Assembly: GCA_040954595.2 (NCBI GenBank)
Contig: CM082598.2
Coordinates: 5,595,097-5,659,096, forward strand
From: Balanoglossus misakiensis
Lineage: Eukaryota > Animalia > Hemichordata
Length of the DNA: 64,000 bases
Direction of reading: 5' to 3'
Shown here: in pieces, positions 39,701-51,600 of the stretch
Layout of the letters: each line of letters starts with the position of its first letter
Numbering within the stretch: position 1 is the first letter of the stretch
Translations under genes and position numbers: made by a program
The notes under the pieces: model-generated
The model's input: the letters and a program-made list of their open reading frames with translations, nothing else
The model's database searches: none
What the model was told of the DNA's origin: nothing

Positions 39701-42700
39701 GGTCTTGTGTAAGACTCCATTATGTGCTCAATACCCATAACAGCCAGGGCTCTAACTGCTCTGGATGCTGAGATATGGGAAAGTAGATCAAAGGTCACCC
39801 AAGGTCACCCAAAATTAGGGCATAAAATTTTGACCCCAGACTGGGCCATGTCCAACCAATACCAGACCTCTAGCCCTATTGGGTAGCATGGAATTAGATA
39901 TGCAGAAATAGGTCAAAGGTCATTGCCAAAATTACCAAAATATTTGTGTCATGTCCTAGCAGCATTGGTACCCATGTCCACAAAATTCATGAATGTGGTG
40001 CTTTTACAAGAGGAGGTATGGGGAATATGCATATATAATTAGTTCTTTTAAAACTGGGTCAAAGGTCATGTGAAAATTGCCACGAAAAATTGTGACAACT
40101 TCCGGTCATATGATGACTCATATCCAAAAAAAGAATTTCCGTGCTGTCAACATTTTGGCTACAAAACGGAATTATCACTTTTCAATGGTTTTCCGAAAAT
40201 CCAACATGGCCGCCATAATGATCGACCAATCACAGTGCGCTTCGCAAACTTGATAGACATAGGTTAGGTGACCACATATCCCAAATCCCGAGAATCGGTA
40301 ACCGCTAGTTCTGGAGAAGAAGATTTTTAAAGTTTTAAGTATTTTTTAAGAAAAACAATTGTAGCAAAAAAACTTTATGTGTGACGTCATGATTTCAATG
40401 GGGTAAAATGATGGACAGAAGGTAGGCTACCTGCACACCAAATTTGAACTCGATCGGCCTTGTAGTTTTTGAGAAGGACTCATTTAACGGTTTTCAGGAA
40501 ATCCAATATGGCCGCCAGGTCACATGACTAATTAAATATTCACGGGCCACTGCACGTCTACTCATTGGCCCCTATCACCCTACCAAGTTTCAGCCCCCTA
40601 GGTGCTGCGGTTTTCCAGATCTACCTGGCCGAATTTCTCGGAAGAAGAAGAAGAAGAAGAATAATAATAATTAAAGCTGCAAGCAGCATTGTCCGGGCCC
40701 AAGCTCTATTATCTGATCAGATTATTAGATATGCACATAATTAATGAGTAGAAATATAATGCTGTGTTTTATCCCATGAAATATCAAGGTTATATCTATG
40801 TTTGGTGCTGATATAGTGTTTAGTAGGTCAAAGGTCATCTGAGGTCACCCAAAATTTGGGCAGAAAATTTTGACCCATAGTGGTCCATGTCCAACAAAAA
40901 CCAGACCTCTAGCCCTTTTGGTTAGCCCGGAATTAGGTATGCACATAAATAATGAGTTAAGCAGGTGTCACTGGTGACCCAAAACTTTGGCTTTTAATTA
41001 TGGCCCTATATCTCCAAATGCCAAGGCTGTACCTGCTTTGGATGCCGAGATATGCAAAAGTAGGTCAAAGGTCATCTGAGGTCACCCAAAATTTGGGCAG
41101 AAAATTTTGACCCATAGTGGTCCATGTCCAACAAAAACCAGACCTCTAGCTCTATTGGTTCGCCTGTAATTAGCTATGCACATAATAAATGAGGTCAGCA
41201 GAGGTCACAGGTGACCCAAAACTTTGGCTTTTCAATATGGCCCCATATCTCCAAATGCCAAGGCTGTACCTGCTTTGGATGCCGAGATATGCAAAAGTAG
41301 GTCAAAGGTCACCCGAGGTCACCCAACATTTGGGCAAAATATTTTGACCCCATACTGGTCCATGTATAACAAAAACAAAACCTCTAGGTCTATTGGTTCA
41401 TCTGTAATTAGGTATGCGCATATTTAATGAGGTCACCAGAGGTCAAAGGGGTCATGAAAAGTAGCAAAATTGTTTGATCACATACAAATCCACATACATC
41501 AAAAACCAAACTTATAGCCCTATTGGTTAGCCTGGAATTAGATATGCAGAAAAATGATTCGTCAAAAGTAGGTCAAAGGTCATTGCCAAAATTACCAAAA
41601 TATTTATAGGTTATTCTTGTCATATGATGATTCATATCCATAAAAAGAATTTCTTTGCTATCAATTTTTAGGCTAGAAAAGGAATTTTTACTTTTTAATC
41701 ATTTTTCACAAAATCCAATATGGCCGCCATAATCTTCGACCAATCACATTCCCCTTCGCAAACTTGATAGACATCTGTTTAATGACCACACCAACCAAAT
41801 CTTGTGACTCGGTTATCGCCCGTTCTGGAGAAGAAGATTTTTGAAGTTTTACTATGGTTTTTCGAAAATCCAATATGGCCGCCATAATCTTCGACCAATC
41901 ACAATGATCTTCGCAAACTTGATAGACATCAGTTAGGTGACCACATACCCCAAACGGCGTGACTCGGTTATCGCCGGTTCTGGAGAAGAAGATTTTTGAA
42001 ATTTTGACCAGATTTCAGAAAAACAACTGTAGCAAAAAAACTGCAACATTGACAGCAAAATATCCAATTACAAAAATGATGGGCAGAGGGTATACTACCA
42101 GCACGCCAAATCTGAACTCGATCTGACTTGTAGTTTCTGAGATCTGAGATTTGCATTTTTTCAGAAAATCCAATATGGCCGCCATGTCACGTGACTAATT
42201 AAGTATTCACAAGTCACTGCACATCTACTCATTGACCTTGACCACTGTAGCAAGTTTGAGAACTGTACCTGCAGCGGTGTCTGAGATCTAGAGCGCGAAA
42301 GAAGTGAACCAAGAATAAAGAAAGAAAGAAAGAAAGAAAGATTAAAGCTGCAAGCAGCATTGTCCGGGCCCAAGCTCTATTATCTAATCTAATTATTAGA
42401 TATGCACATAATTAATGAGTAGAGACATAATGCTGTGTCTTATGCCATGTAATATCAAGGTTATATCTATGTTTTGTGGTGATATAGTGTTAAGTAGGTC
42501 AAAGGTCACCCAGAGGTCAACCACAATTTGGGCAGAAAATTTTGACCCATAGTGGTCCATGTGCAACAAAAACCAGACCTCTAACCCTTTTGGTTAGCCC
42601 GGAATGTGGTATGCACATAAATAATGAGTTAAGCAGGTGTCACAGGTGACCCAAAACTTTGGCTTTTCATTATGGCCCCATACCTCCAAACACCAAGGCT

Positions 42701-45700
42701 GTATCTGCTGTGGATGCTGAGATTTGCGAAATTAGGTCAAAGGTCACCAGAGGTCACCCAAAATTTGGATAAAAAATGTTGACCCTATACTTGTCCTGTC
42801 CAACAAAAACAAAACCTCTAGGTCTATTGGTTCATCTGTAATTAGGTATGCGCATATTTAATGAGGTCAGCAGAGGTCAAAGGGGTCATGAAAAGTACCA
42901 AAATTTTTTGATCACATACAAATCCACATACATCAAAAACCAAACTTATAGCCCTATTGGTTAGCCTGGAATTAGATATGCAGAAAATTGATGCGTCAAA
43001 AGTAGGTCAAAGGTCATTGCCAAAATTACCAAAATATTTATAGCTTATTCTTGTTATATGATGATTCATATCCATAAAAAGAATTTCTGTGCTATCAATT
43101 TTTAGGCTAGAAAGGGAATTTTTACTTTTTAATCGTTTTTCACAAAATCCAATATGGCCGCCATAATCATCGACCAATCACATTCCTCTTCGCAAACTTG
43201 ATAGACATCTGTTGAATGACCACACACACAAAATCTTGTGACTCGGTTATCGCCGGTTCTCGAGAAGAAGATTTTTTGAAATTTTACTAGGGTTTTTCGA
43301 AAATCCAATATGGCCGCCATAATCTTCGACCAATCACAATGATCTTCGCAAACTTGATAGACATCAGTTAGGTGACCACATACCCCAAACCCCATGTCTC
43401 AGTTATCACCGGTTCTGGAGAAGAAGATTTTTGAAATTTAAGCCAAATTTCAGAAAAAAAATTGTAGCAAAAAAACTGCAACATTGACAGCATAATTTCC
43501 AATTACAAAAATGTTTGACAGAAGGTAGTCTACCTGCACGCCAAATTTGAAGTCGATCTGACTTGTAGTTTCTGAGATCTGAGATTTGCATTTTTTCAGA
43601 AAATCCAAGATGGCCGCCAGGTCATGTGACTAATTAAAAATTCATGGGTTCAATGCACGACTACTCATTGACCTTGACCACTGTAGCAAGTTTGAGAACT
43701 GTACCTGCAGTGGTGTCTGAGATCTAGAGCGACAAAGAAATGACAGAAGAATAAAGAAAGAAAGAAAGAAAGAATTAAAGCTGCAAGCAGCATTGTCCGG
43801 GCCCAAGCTCTATTATCTGAGTTGATTATTAGATATTCACATAATTAATGAGTAGAAACATAATGCTGTGCTTTATCCCATGAAATATCAAGGTTATATC
43901 TATGTTTGGTGCTGATATAGTATTAAGTAGGTCAAAGGTCACCCAGGGGTCACCCACAATTTGGGCAGAAAATTTTGACCCATAGTGGTCCATGTCCAAC
44001 AAAAACCAGACCTCTAGCCCTTTTGGTTAGCCCGGAATTAGGTATGCACATAAATAATGAGTTAAGCAGGTGTCACAGGTGACCTAAAACTTTGGCTTTT
44101 CATTATGGCCCCATACCTCCAAACGCCAAGGCTGTATCTGCTGTGGATGTCAAGATATGCTAAAGTAGGTCAAAGGTCACCCAAGGTCACCCAACATTTG
44201 GGCAAAATATTTTGACCCCACACTGGTCCATGTATAACAAAAACAAAACCTCTAGGTCTATTGGTTCATCTGTAATTAGGTATGTGCATATTTAATGAGG
44301 TCAGCAGAGGTCAAAGGGGTCATGAAAAGTAGCAAAATTTTTTAATCACATACAAATCCACATACATCAAAAACCAAACTTATAGCCCTATTGGTTAGCC
44401 TGGAATTAGATATGCAGAAAAATGATGCGTCAAAAGTAGGTCAAAGGTCATTGCCAAAATTACCAAAATATTTATAGCTTATTCTTGTCATATGATGATT
44501 CATATCCATAAAAAGAATTTCTGTGCTATCAATTTTTAGGCTAGAAAGGGAATTTTTACTTTTTAATCGTTTTTCACAAAATCCAATATGGCCGCCATAA
44601 TCTTCGACCAATCACATTCTTCTTAGCAAACTTGATAGACATCTGTTTAATGACCAAACACACCAAATCTTGTGACTCGGTTATCGCCGGTTCTTGAGAA
44701 GAAGATTTTTGAAATTTTAATAGGGTTTTTCGAAAATCCAATATGGCCGCCAAAATCTTTGACCAATCACAATGATCTTTGCAAACTTGATAGACATCAG
44801 TTAGGTGACCACATACCCCAAACGGCGTGACTCGGTTATCGCCGGTTCTGGAGAAGAAGATTTTTGAAATTTTGACCAGATTTCAGAAAAACAACTGTAG
44901 CAAAAAAACTGCAACATTGACAGCAAAATATCCAATTACAAAAATGATGGGCAGAGGGTATACTACCAGCACGCCAAATCTGAACTCGATCTGACTTGTA
45001 GTTTCTGAGATCTGAGATTTGCATTTTTTCAGAAAATCCAATATGGCCGCCATGTCACGTGACTAATTAAGTATTCACAAGTCACTGCACATCTACTCAT
45101 TGACCTTGACCACTGTAGCAAGTTTGAGAACTGTACCTGCAGCGGTGTCTGAGATCTAGAGCGCGAAAGAAGTGAACCAAGAATAAAGAAAGAAAGAAAG
45201 AAAGAAAGAAAAACCCCAACGAAACCAATACGGGCCCAAGCCTGGCTTGGCTTGGGCCCGTAAAAAACCCCAACGAAACCAATACGGGCCCAAGCCTGGC
45301 TTGGCTTGGGCCCGTAATAATAAAGAAAAATTCCAACAATAACAATGGGGGCACAAGCCGCCTGAGGGCGCTTGTGCCCCCAAATATTCCAACAATACCA
45401 ATAGGGGCACAAGCCCGATAGGCTTGTGCCCCTAATGACTCTGGAACTGTCGTCTGGGTACGTTGTAGTCTGTCCTTATAATACTGTTTGAAGGCAATAC
45501 ATCGTCTCACGCGCATGCGCGTAACTTCCTGCTGTGTTTGGATTAGTCTGGTTCCCTGCCCCAATCCCACCGCTGGCTGCGCTACGCTAAAGGGAAAGGG
45601 GTCAGGTACGGCCCGATTTCACACCCAGAAACCTGGGTGTGAAACAAGATGGATGCCTCCAATGTCCGTATGCCAGTCAAGATTCATCCAGGCAGTTTAT

Positions 45701-46235
45701 TTTGTTTCGTTTGTTGTAAAGTTGGAAATCGAATGATAAACATTCATGGAGGTGAAGGAGAGAACGGGAAATGAGTATCTTACAACAACTTATCAATTTA
45801 ACAACTTAATTTTCGTATGTATTGACCAATGAGAGCCATGTTTACAATAGGCCGTGCCTGACCCTTTCCCTTTAGCGTAGCGCAGCCAGCGGTGGGATTG
45901 GGGCAGGGAACCAGACTATGTTTGGATATTTCGTTAAACATATAAGTAACTTTGCATAGCTGTTTTCCCATGATGCCTGGGCGACGACCAGCTCTTACTT
46001 GGTAGTTTTGCTGACTCATGTGAATTTGCATTCACAGGACGGTGGTTCACGCGAATTTAGATGGCTGGATGGAACTGAATGCGATCCAATCTTTATTGAA
46101 ATGCTAATGGATGTCGATAACTATTACGATGGTGGGAAGTCGTGTTGTACGGTATGGTCGGGAGGTAATGGTTTTGATATTAAAGATTGTGATGAAAGTT
46201 CACCATTCATTTGCGAGGGGCCCATACGATTGTAA
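24945..46235 (+). CDS. Secreted mosaic protein SP-PAN-EGF-TSP1-SRCR-TSP1-CCP-cbEGF-C-type lectin, 9 exons: 24945-25265, 27826-27955, 29485-29661, 30240-30398, 31126-31299, 32236-32406, 32968-33123, 33457-33740, 46038-46235; 589 aa
   Basis: Each exon carries a recognisable Cys pattern. All junctions are GT-AG with phases 0,1,1,1,1,1,1,0, joining into one open frame. No TM segment seen. Confidence 0.88.
25670..25849. mobile_element. TAG..CTA foldback element
   Basis: Long imperfect palindrome TAGTCCCAGCCGTATT../..AATACGGCTAGGACTA; TSD not evident. Confidence 0.6.
27648..27763. repeat. (CAT)n microsatellite
   Basis: Direct reading. Confidence 0.97.
27826..27955 (+). CDS. Mosaic gene exon 2: EGF domain
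   Basis: [35 protein letters not shown]; ccctag/gtaaga. Confidence 0.9.
28093..29030 (+). repeat. Tandem array of 8 x ~106-bp units inside a family-D MITE
   Basis: Unit TTCGCGAGTTGAAATATTCGCGATATCGAGAGAGGCC...GTTATCTTCC(A)n, followed by the MITE right arm. Confidence 0.92.
29171..29443. mobile_element. MITE family C
   Basis: ~26-bp TIR, TTAA on both sides. Confidence 0.87.
29485..29661 (+). CDS. Mosaic gene exon 3: TSP1 repeat
   Basis: [25 protein letters not shown]. Confidence 0.92.
30240..30398 (+). CDS. Mosaic gene exon 4: SRCR N-half
   Basis: [28 protein letters not shown]. Confidence 0.92.
30479..30972. mobile_element. ~490-bp TTAA-flanked MITE; homolog at 57863-58310
   Basis: GCTGCAACT / AGTTGCAGC within TIRs, TTAA on both sides. 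Confidence 0.7.
30977..31102. mobile_element. MITE family B, internally deleted and inverted
   Basis: Both decayed TIRs and TTAA flanks; shares a TTAA with the element at 30479-30972. Confidence 0.65.
31126..31299 (+). CDS. Mosaic gene exon 5: SRCR C-half
   Basis: [16 protein letters not shown]...DVASATC. An in-frame alternative acceptor exists 12 nt downstream. Confidence 0.85.
31551..32226. repeat. Compound minisatellite (CCCACTAACACACACACCACTTAC.CCACTTCA + (CTGA)n(TCCA)n(CTCA)n)
   Basis: Eight variable-length units. Confidence 0.92.
32236..32406 (+). CDS. Mosaic gene exon 6: TSP1 repeat
   Basis: [28 protein letters not shown]. Confidence 0.93.
32464..32750. repeat. Dispersed ~285-bp repeat, second copy 56904-57190
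   Basis: CCAGGTTCAGACAGGGAAAAATTTGAGACAC... near-identical in both places. Confidence 0.8.
32968..33123 (+). CDS. Mosaic gene exon 7: CCP/sushi domain
   Basis: CAELNIPHG...IQCFSGY...[14 protein letters not shown]. Confidence 0.88.
33457..33740 (+). CDS. Mosaic gene exon 8: calcium-binding EGF fused to C-type lectin N-half
   Basis: [17 protein letters not shown]; AESIC..HLVKIET..EFRFL..FIGL. Confidence 0.9.
33920..34055. repeat. ~135-bp foldback palindrome (probable MITE)
   Basis: CCAAGGACCTGGGATCATATTTCTCACAC / GTGTGAGAAATATGATCCCAGGTCCTTGG. Confidence 0.8.
34113..45435 (-). mobile_element. Nested cluster of 8 Helentron/DINE-1-like non-autonomous elements (two subfamilies)
   Basis: Bodies start (+ strand) at 34113, 35329, 36541, 37962, 39468, 40670, 42341 and 43774 with ATTAAAGCTGCAAGCAGC (short hairpin) plus a subterminal repeat (GGGGCACAAGC or GGGCCCAAGC). 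They end in microsatellites. Hairpin caps are clustered at 39285-39467 and 45210-45435. Confidence 0.8.
45544..45918. mobile_element. TAG..CTA element with ~70-bp TIR, AcademH-like
   Basis: Perfect 9-bp TSD TGTTTGGAT on both sides. Confidence 0.87.
46038..46235 (+). CDS. Mosaic gene exon 9: C-type lectin C-half and stop
   Basis: FRWLDG...SCC...DC...PFICE; phase 0 matches exon 8 across a 12.3-kb repeat-filled intron. Confidence 0.88.
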   Translation, partial: DGGSREFRWLDGTECDPIFIEMLMDVDNYYDGGKSCCTVWSGGNGFDIKDCDESSPFICEGPIRL

Positions 46236-46451
46236 AATGTACACAACACGTTAAAATTTTAAGTAATGATATCACTAATTATGCAGCAAATAGGTTGTTT
46301 GATATCTCCTGAACATTCAGATAATGTTCGCTGTGGCTGCAATTATTTGGATTTTAGGATACCAGCAAATATTTGTCAAACAGTGTTGTCAACAAATTTG
46401 CACCGTTCCTGACTGGTTTGTTCTAATTTGTTACTGGTGACCGAGTATTAA

Positions 46452-46810
46452 AGCCTCTAGAGCTGCCACTTTTTGCATTATTTTCATGATTTTATTTTCC
46501 AACTGAGATTGGAACATCAAAATAGGCTCACTGATAGGTATACCGGTACATGAACACCTTATCGATGCCCGATTGTGGCTGTATGTTGCAATTTGAAAAC
46601 ACTATGTATTAAAAAGGTGCCACACCGATTTAATCAGCCTCCATACAAACAGTACACAGCTATCGTAGTATGCGTCGCCAAGAGATGACAAACTGATGCA
46701 AATACAAGTAATATGGCTTAATGGTGAGGATTTTAAATGATACGGAATAGATTTGAAGTACATGTATTTTACTACAGAAAAAATATGTGAAATTTGGTAG
46801 CTCTAGAGGC
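46452..46810. mobile_element. MITE family B
   Basis: Near-identical to 13139-13487. Confidence 0.85.
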
Positions 46811-46921
46811 GTATGTAATCGGGCTATGTCAAAGACCAAAAACATGGGCGAAGTATATACATGAGATCAACTTGTAATGCTAACTGCAGAATTTTATTAT
46901 ATGTAGGCCCATGCAGATAAT

Positions 46922-49874
46922 TTAAAGGTATACAGTCACCTCCAATTGACATACGCCCATAGGTGGCTGAAATGGCGTATTCGAGCGTTCTAAAGAACAT
47001 ATGGTAGCGCTCTTTTTTTTGCGTGTGCCACCCACTGAAAATCTGTGATTGGCTAGATCTGAATTTGCCATGGTAACTATAGCTAATTTTCCATAGGTGA
47101 CCGTATACCTGTAAGAGGACACTACTCATTGCCTCATAGACCATTCAAATGTCTGTGAAATCACTACCTTTAATGAACTCCACCAAATTTGGTGTTGTAT
47201 TGTACACGCACTTTATTAAGAAATGTATTGGTAATTACTGGAGCTCATTATATATTCAAATTGGCATTTACGAGCTAGAACTTCAAATATATGTCTAAAG
47301 TTTACAAACATGGCCAATACGTTCACAAAGGTTTATCCGATATGGTGTTGTAGTTTAGGAAATATAATCATTAATTAGAAAAGTTCTTCATCAAATGCAA
47401 ATAAGCAATTTATTGGTGTGACACACATTGCAATATCATAATCTTGCGAGATTTGGAGATGTACTGTAAAACACTTTATTTTCGTGAGCAATTAATTTTC
47501 GCCAAATACGCGAGAGCCAAAATAGCGTGAATATAACAAGTCGCGTAAATTGTTTTTGAGGATAACGATACAGTGAATCGGAAATAAGAGAATGCGAAAA
47601 TTAATACTCGGGTAATAGTTGCCTCTTTTGATATCGTGAAAAATTTAACTCGCGAAAATAAAGTGTTTTACAGTATTCATATTTTTCTGTATATACTGAT
47701 ACTGACATGATTCTTTCTTTACACTAGCCTGGTCTCCATACCTAGTGTGTTTTAGATAGACTCACTTGTGTGTGAGTCTATGGAGACCAGGCTATCTTTA
47801 CACAAACTACTATGACAATAACATTGGATTTTTGAAAACTTCATTAAAGGTATACTGTCACCTCCAATATACATACGCCCATATATGTCTGAAATGGAGT
47901 ATTCGAGCGTTCTAAAGAACATATAGTGGCGCTCTTTTTTTCGCGTGTGCCACCCACTGAAAATCTGTGATTGGCTAGATCTCAATTTGCCATGGTAACT
48001 ACAGCTAATTTTCCATAGGTGACCGTATACCTTTAAGATGACACTACTCATTGCCTCATAGACCATTCAAATGTCTGTGAAATCACTACCTGTAACGAAC
48101 TCCACCAAATTTGGTGTTGTATTGTACACGCACTTTATTAAGAAATGTATTGGTAATTACTGGAGCTCATTATATATTCAAATTGGCATTTACGAGCTAG
48201 AACTTCGAATATATGTCTAAAGTTTACAAACATGGCCAATACGTTCACAAAGTTTTATCCGATATGGTGTTGTAGTTTAGGAAATATAATCATTAATTAG
48301 AAAAGTTCTTCATCAAATGCAAATAAGCAATTTATTGGTGTGACACACATTGCAATATCATAATCTTGCGAGATTTGGAGATGTACTGTAAAACACTATA
48401 TTTTCGTGAGCAATTAATTTTCGCCAAATACGCGAGAGCCAAAATAGCGTGAATATAAAAAGTCGCGTAAATTGTTTTTGAGGATAACGATGCAGTGAAT
48501 GAAATAAGAGAACGCAAAAATTAATACTCGGGTAACTTTGCCTCTTTTGATATCGTGAAAAATTTAACTCGCGAAAATAAAGTGTTTTACAGTATTCATA
48601 TTTTTCTGTATATACTGATACTGACATGATTCTTTCTTTACACTAGCCTGGTCTCCATACCTAGTGTGTTTTAGATAGACTCACTTGTGTGTGAGTCTAT
48701 GGAGACCAGGCTATCTTTACACAAACTACTATGACAATAACATTGGATTTTTGATTACTTCATTAAAGGTATACTGTCACCTCCAATTTACATACGCCCA
48801 TATATGTCTGAAATGGAGTATTTGAGCATTCTAAAGAACATATGGTGGCGCTCTTTTTTTCGCGTGTGCCACCCACTGAAAATCTGTGATTGGCTAGATC
48901 TCAATTTGCCATGGTAACTACAGCTAATTTTCCATAGGTGACCGTATACCTTTAAGAGGACACTACTCATTGCCTCAGAGAACATTCAAATGTCTGTGAA
49001 ATCACTACCTGTAATGAACTCCACCAAATTTGGTGTTGTATTGTACACGCACTTTATTAAGAAATGTATTGGTAATTACTGGAGCTCATTATATATTCAA
49101 ATTGGCATTTACGAGCTAGAACTTCAAATATATGTCTCAAGTTTACAAACATGGCCAATACGTTCACAAAGTTTTATCCAATTTGGTGTTGTAGTTTAGG
49201 AAATATAATCATTAATTAGAAAAGTTCTTCATCAAATGCAAATAAGCAATTTATTGGTGTGACACACATTGCAATATCATAATCTTGCGAGATTTGGAGA
49301 TGTACTGTAAAACACTATATTTTCGTGAGCAATTAATTTTCGCCAAATACGCGAGAGCCAAAATAGCGTGAATATAAAAAGTCGCGTAAATTGTTTTTGA
49401 GGATAACGATGCAGTGAATGAAATAAGAGAACGCGAAAATTAATACTCGGGTAACTTTGCCTCTTTTGATATCGTGAAAAATTTAACTCGCGAAAATAAA
49501 GTGTTTTACAGTATTCATATTTTTCTGTATGTACTGATACTGACATGATTTTTTCTTTACACTAGCCTGGTCTCCATACCTAGTGTGTTTTAGATAGACT
49601 CACTTGTGTGTGAGTCTATGGAGACCAGGCTATCTTTACACAAACTACTATGACAACAACATTGGATTTTTGATTACTTCATTAAAGGTATACTGTCACC
49701 TCCAATTTACATACGCCCATATATGTCAAAAATGGCGTATTTGAGTGTTCTAAAGAACATATGGTGGCGCTCTTTTTTTCACGTGTGCCACCTATTGAAA
49801 ATCTGTGATTGACTAGATCTCAATTTGCCATGGTAACTATAGCTAAATTTGCATAGGTGACTGTATACCTTTAA
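46922..49874 (+). repeat. Tandem amplification: 3 x ~920-bp units plus a terminal MITE copy
   Basis: TTAAAGGTATAC(A/T)GTCACC at 46922, 47844, 48763 and 49682; each unit contains three different MITEs. Confidence 0.92.
47725..47794. mobile_element. 70-bp TAG..CTA mini-element, repeated in each 920-bp unit
   Basis: TIR TAGCCTGGTCTCCATA; perfect 9-bp TSD TCTTTACAC. Confidence 0.85.
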
Positions 49875-50724
49875 TATAGAAGCCATTATGTCATTCACAA
49901 AAATCTAGTCAGTTCAGGCCATCCCAAAATAATACGTCTACCAAATTTGTTTCAGACAGACAGACTGACATACAGACAGACTGACATACAGACACACAGA
50001 CAGATAGACAGACACACAGATAGAAACACACAGACAGACAGTATAAAATTAGCTCTCGACATTAGATCAATATAAAGACCTTTGGCAAAACAAGTGGCTG
50101 GGAAAGGGCAATGAGATGAACTGAGCAGATCAACTGTCTTGTTTGGTACGACTTATTACTACTAGTATTTCAAGTACTGGCACACAGAACATGTTTCTAA
50201 AAACATCTCAATTGTTATTTTTTTCACGAGTGTTAAATAAAACTTTTGCACATGACGAATCCTTTGCTTGGCGTTGTTTTTGTTGTAGTACCCACCCCTC
50301 CATTGTGGCCAGGCCAATCAGATTGCACGTTATGTCAATCTACACTATCGTTCTCTATATGGCGACTTCTGATTGGTTTACTGGCCTTGTGAAGCCAGAA
50401 GATTTTCAATCATGGGAGCTTCTATGGGAGTTGGTCAGATGTAATGTGAGGCACCAGGGTGAGGCCACAGCAGAAGAATACCGTACTTACCGCGAAGTAA
50501 AAGGTGTCGGCGTACCCTACATCTGATTTTAATCAGATTGAACTCACAGTGAAGTGCTCAGCTATCTGGCAATCTGCAAACCACCAGCGGGACAACCAGC
50601 AACCATTGCTTTGACATCTTAAGAGTGAAATTTGAAGAAGAATTTCAACAGATGGGTGTGAGGAAGATAAACCCTTGCTTTTGACTGAAATCCTGTTTGT
50701 ATAGTTGCCTGTTCTTGGGTTTAA

Positions 50725-51040
50725 AGGGACAGTCTCTCTCTCGCCGCCCTTTTTCCATTAATTATGTTTGACACAAGACACCGCTTATGTTATTCTAAAG
50801 GTGGGATGTATAGTGAATCACCATTCGACCACACACGACTTCCATATGCATCCCGTTTGTAGGATATGAGAGTAAAAATCTCGCCGAAATGAATAAATGG
50901 TAAACACTGATTATTCATTTTGGCGAGTTTTTAACTCTCGTGTCTGCAAGTAGGATTGAAGTTGAGTATGGTCGAATGTTTATTCACTATATATCCACAT
51001 GTAGAATAACATAAATGGTGTCTTGTATCAAACATAATCA
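50725..51040. mobile_element. MITE family A, right end clipped
   Basis: Family sequence. Confidence 0.82.
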
Positions 51041-51600
51041 AAGGAATGGTAAAACCAAATGTATGGTAATTGTGGACATTTGGTTTCTCCTGCAGAAGCA
51101 TTATTGAAAAACCCAGCGTAATAAAATACAGGGGTCACTCTCCTTGTTTTTAAAATACAAGGTCGTTAATTTAGCCGATAGTTGAGGAAAACTACTGGGT
51201 CAGAATTTTTTTTAACAATGGTTTGTCTATGGTGCAAATTTATATTTGAATGAGCCATGTGCAATTGCAAAATTTGAATTCTCTAGCAATTCTCAATGTA
51301 ATCTTATGATAAGAGAGAAATGTGCACAATTTACAGGTTCACTTTCTGTGCATATGTCCGTCATATATATTCTGATCGATTATGTTGAAATAATTGATAG
51401 ATTCTGTGGTATTTATAGAAAGAATGAAGTGTACAATTATTTAAAACCAGTTTAATAAAAACAACAATTCTAAACGTTTCTATCACAGACACCAAAATAG
51501 TGTCATAAATGGTATACATGTCCTTCAGTGGAGATTTCAAGAATGATCAGAAGGTACAGAACAAGCTTGGTTCCTCAAGGCTGTCAAATATTTCAGTTAA

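Noticed and set aside
34233-45570. Recurrent 60-150-aa ORFs (MKIA..., [10 protein letters not shown]...)
   Set aside because: Chance frames repeated because the elements are repeated; no Rep/helicase or other motifs.
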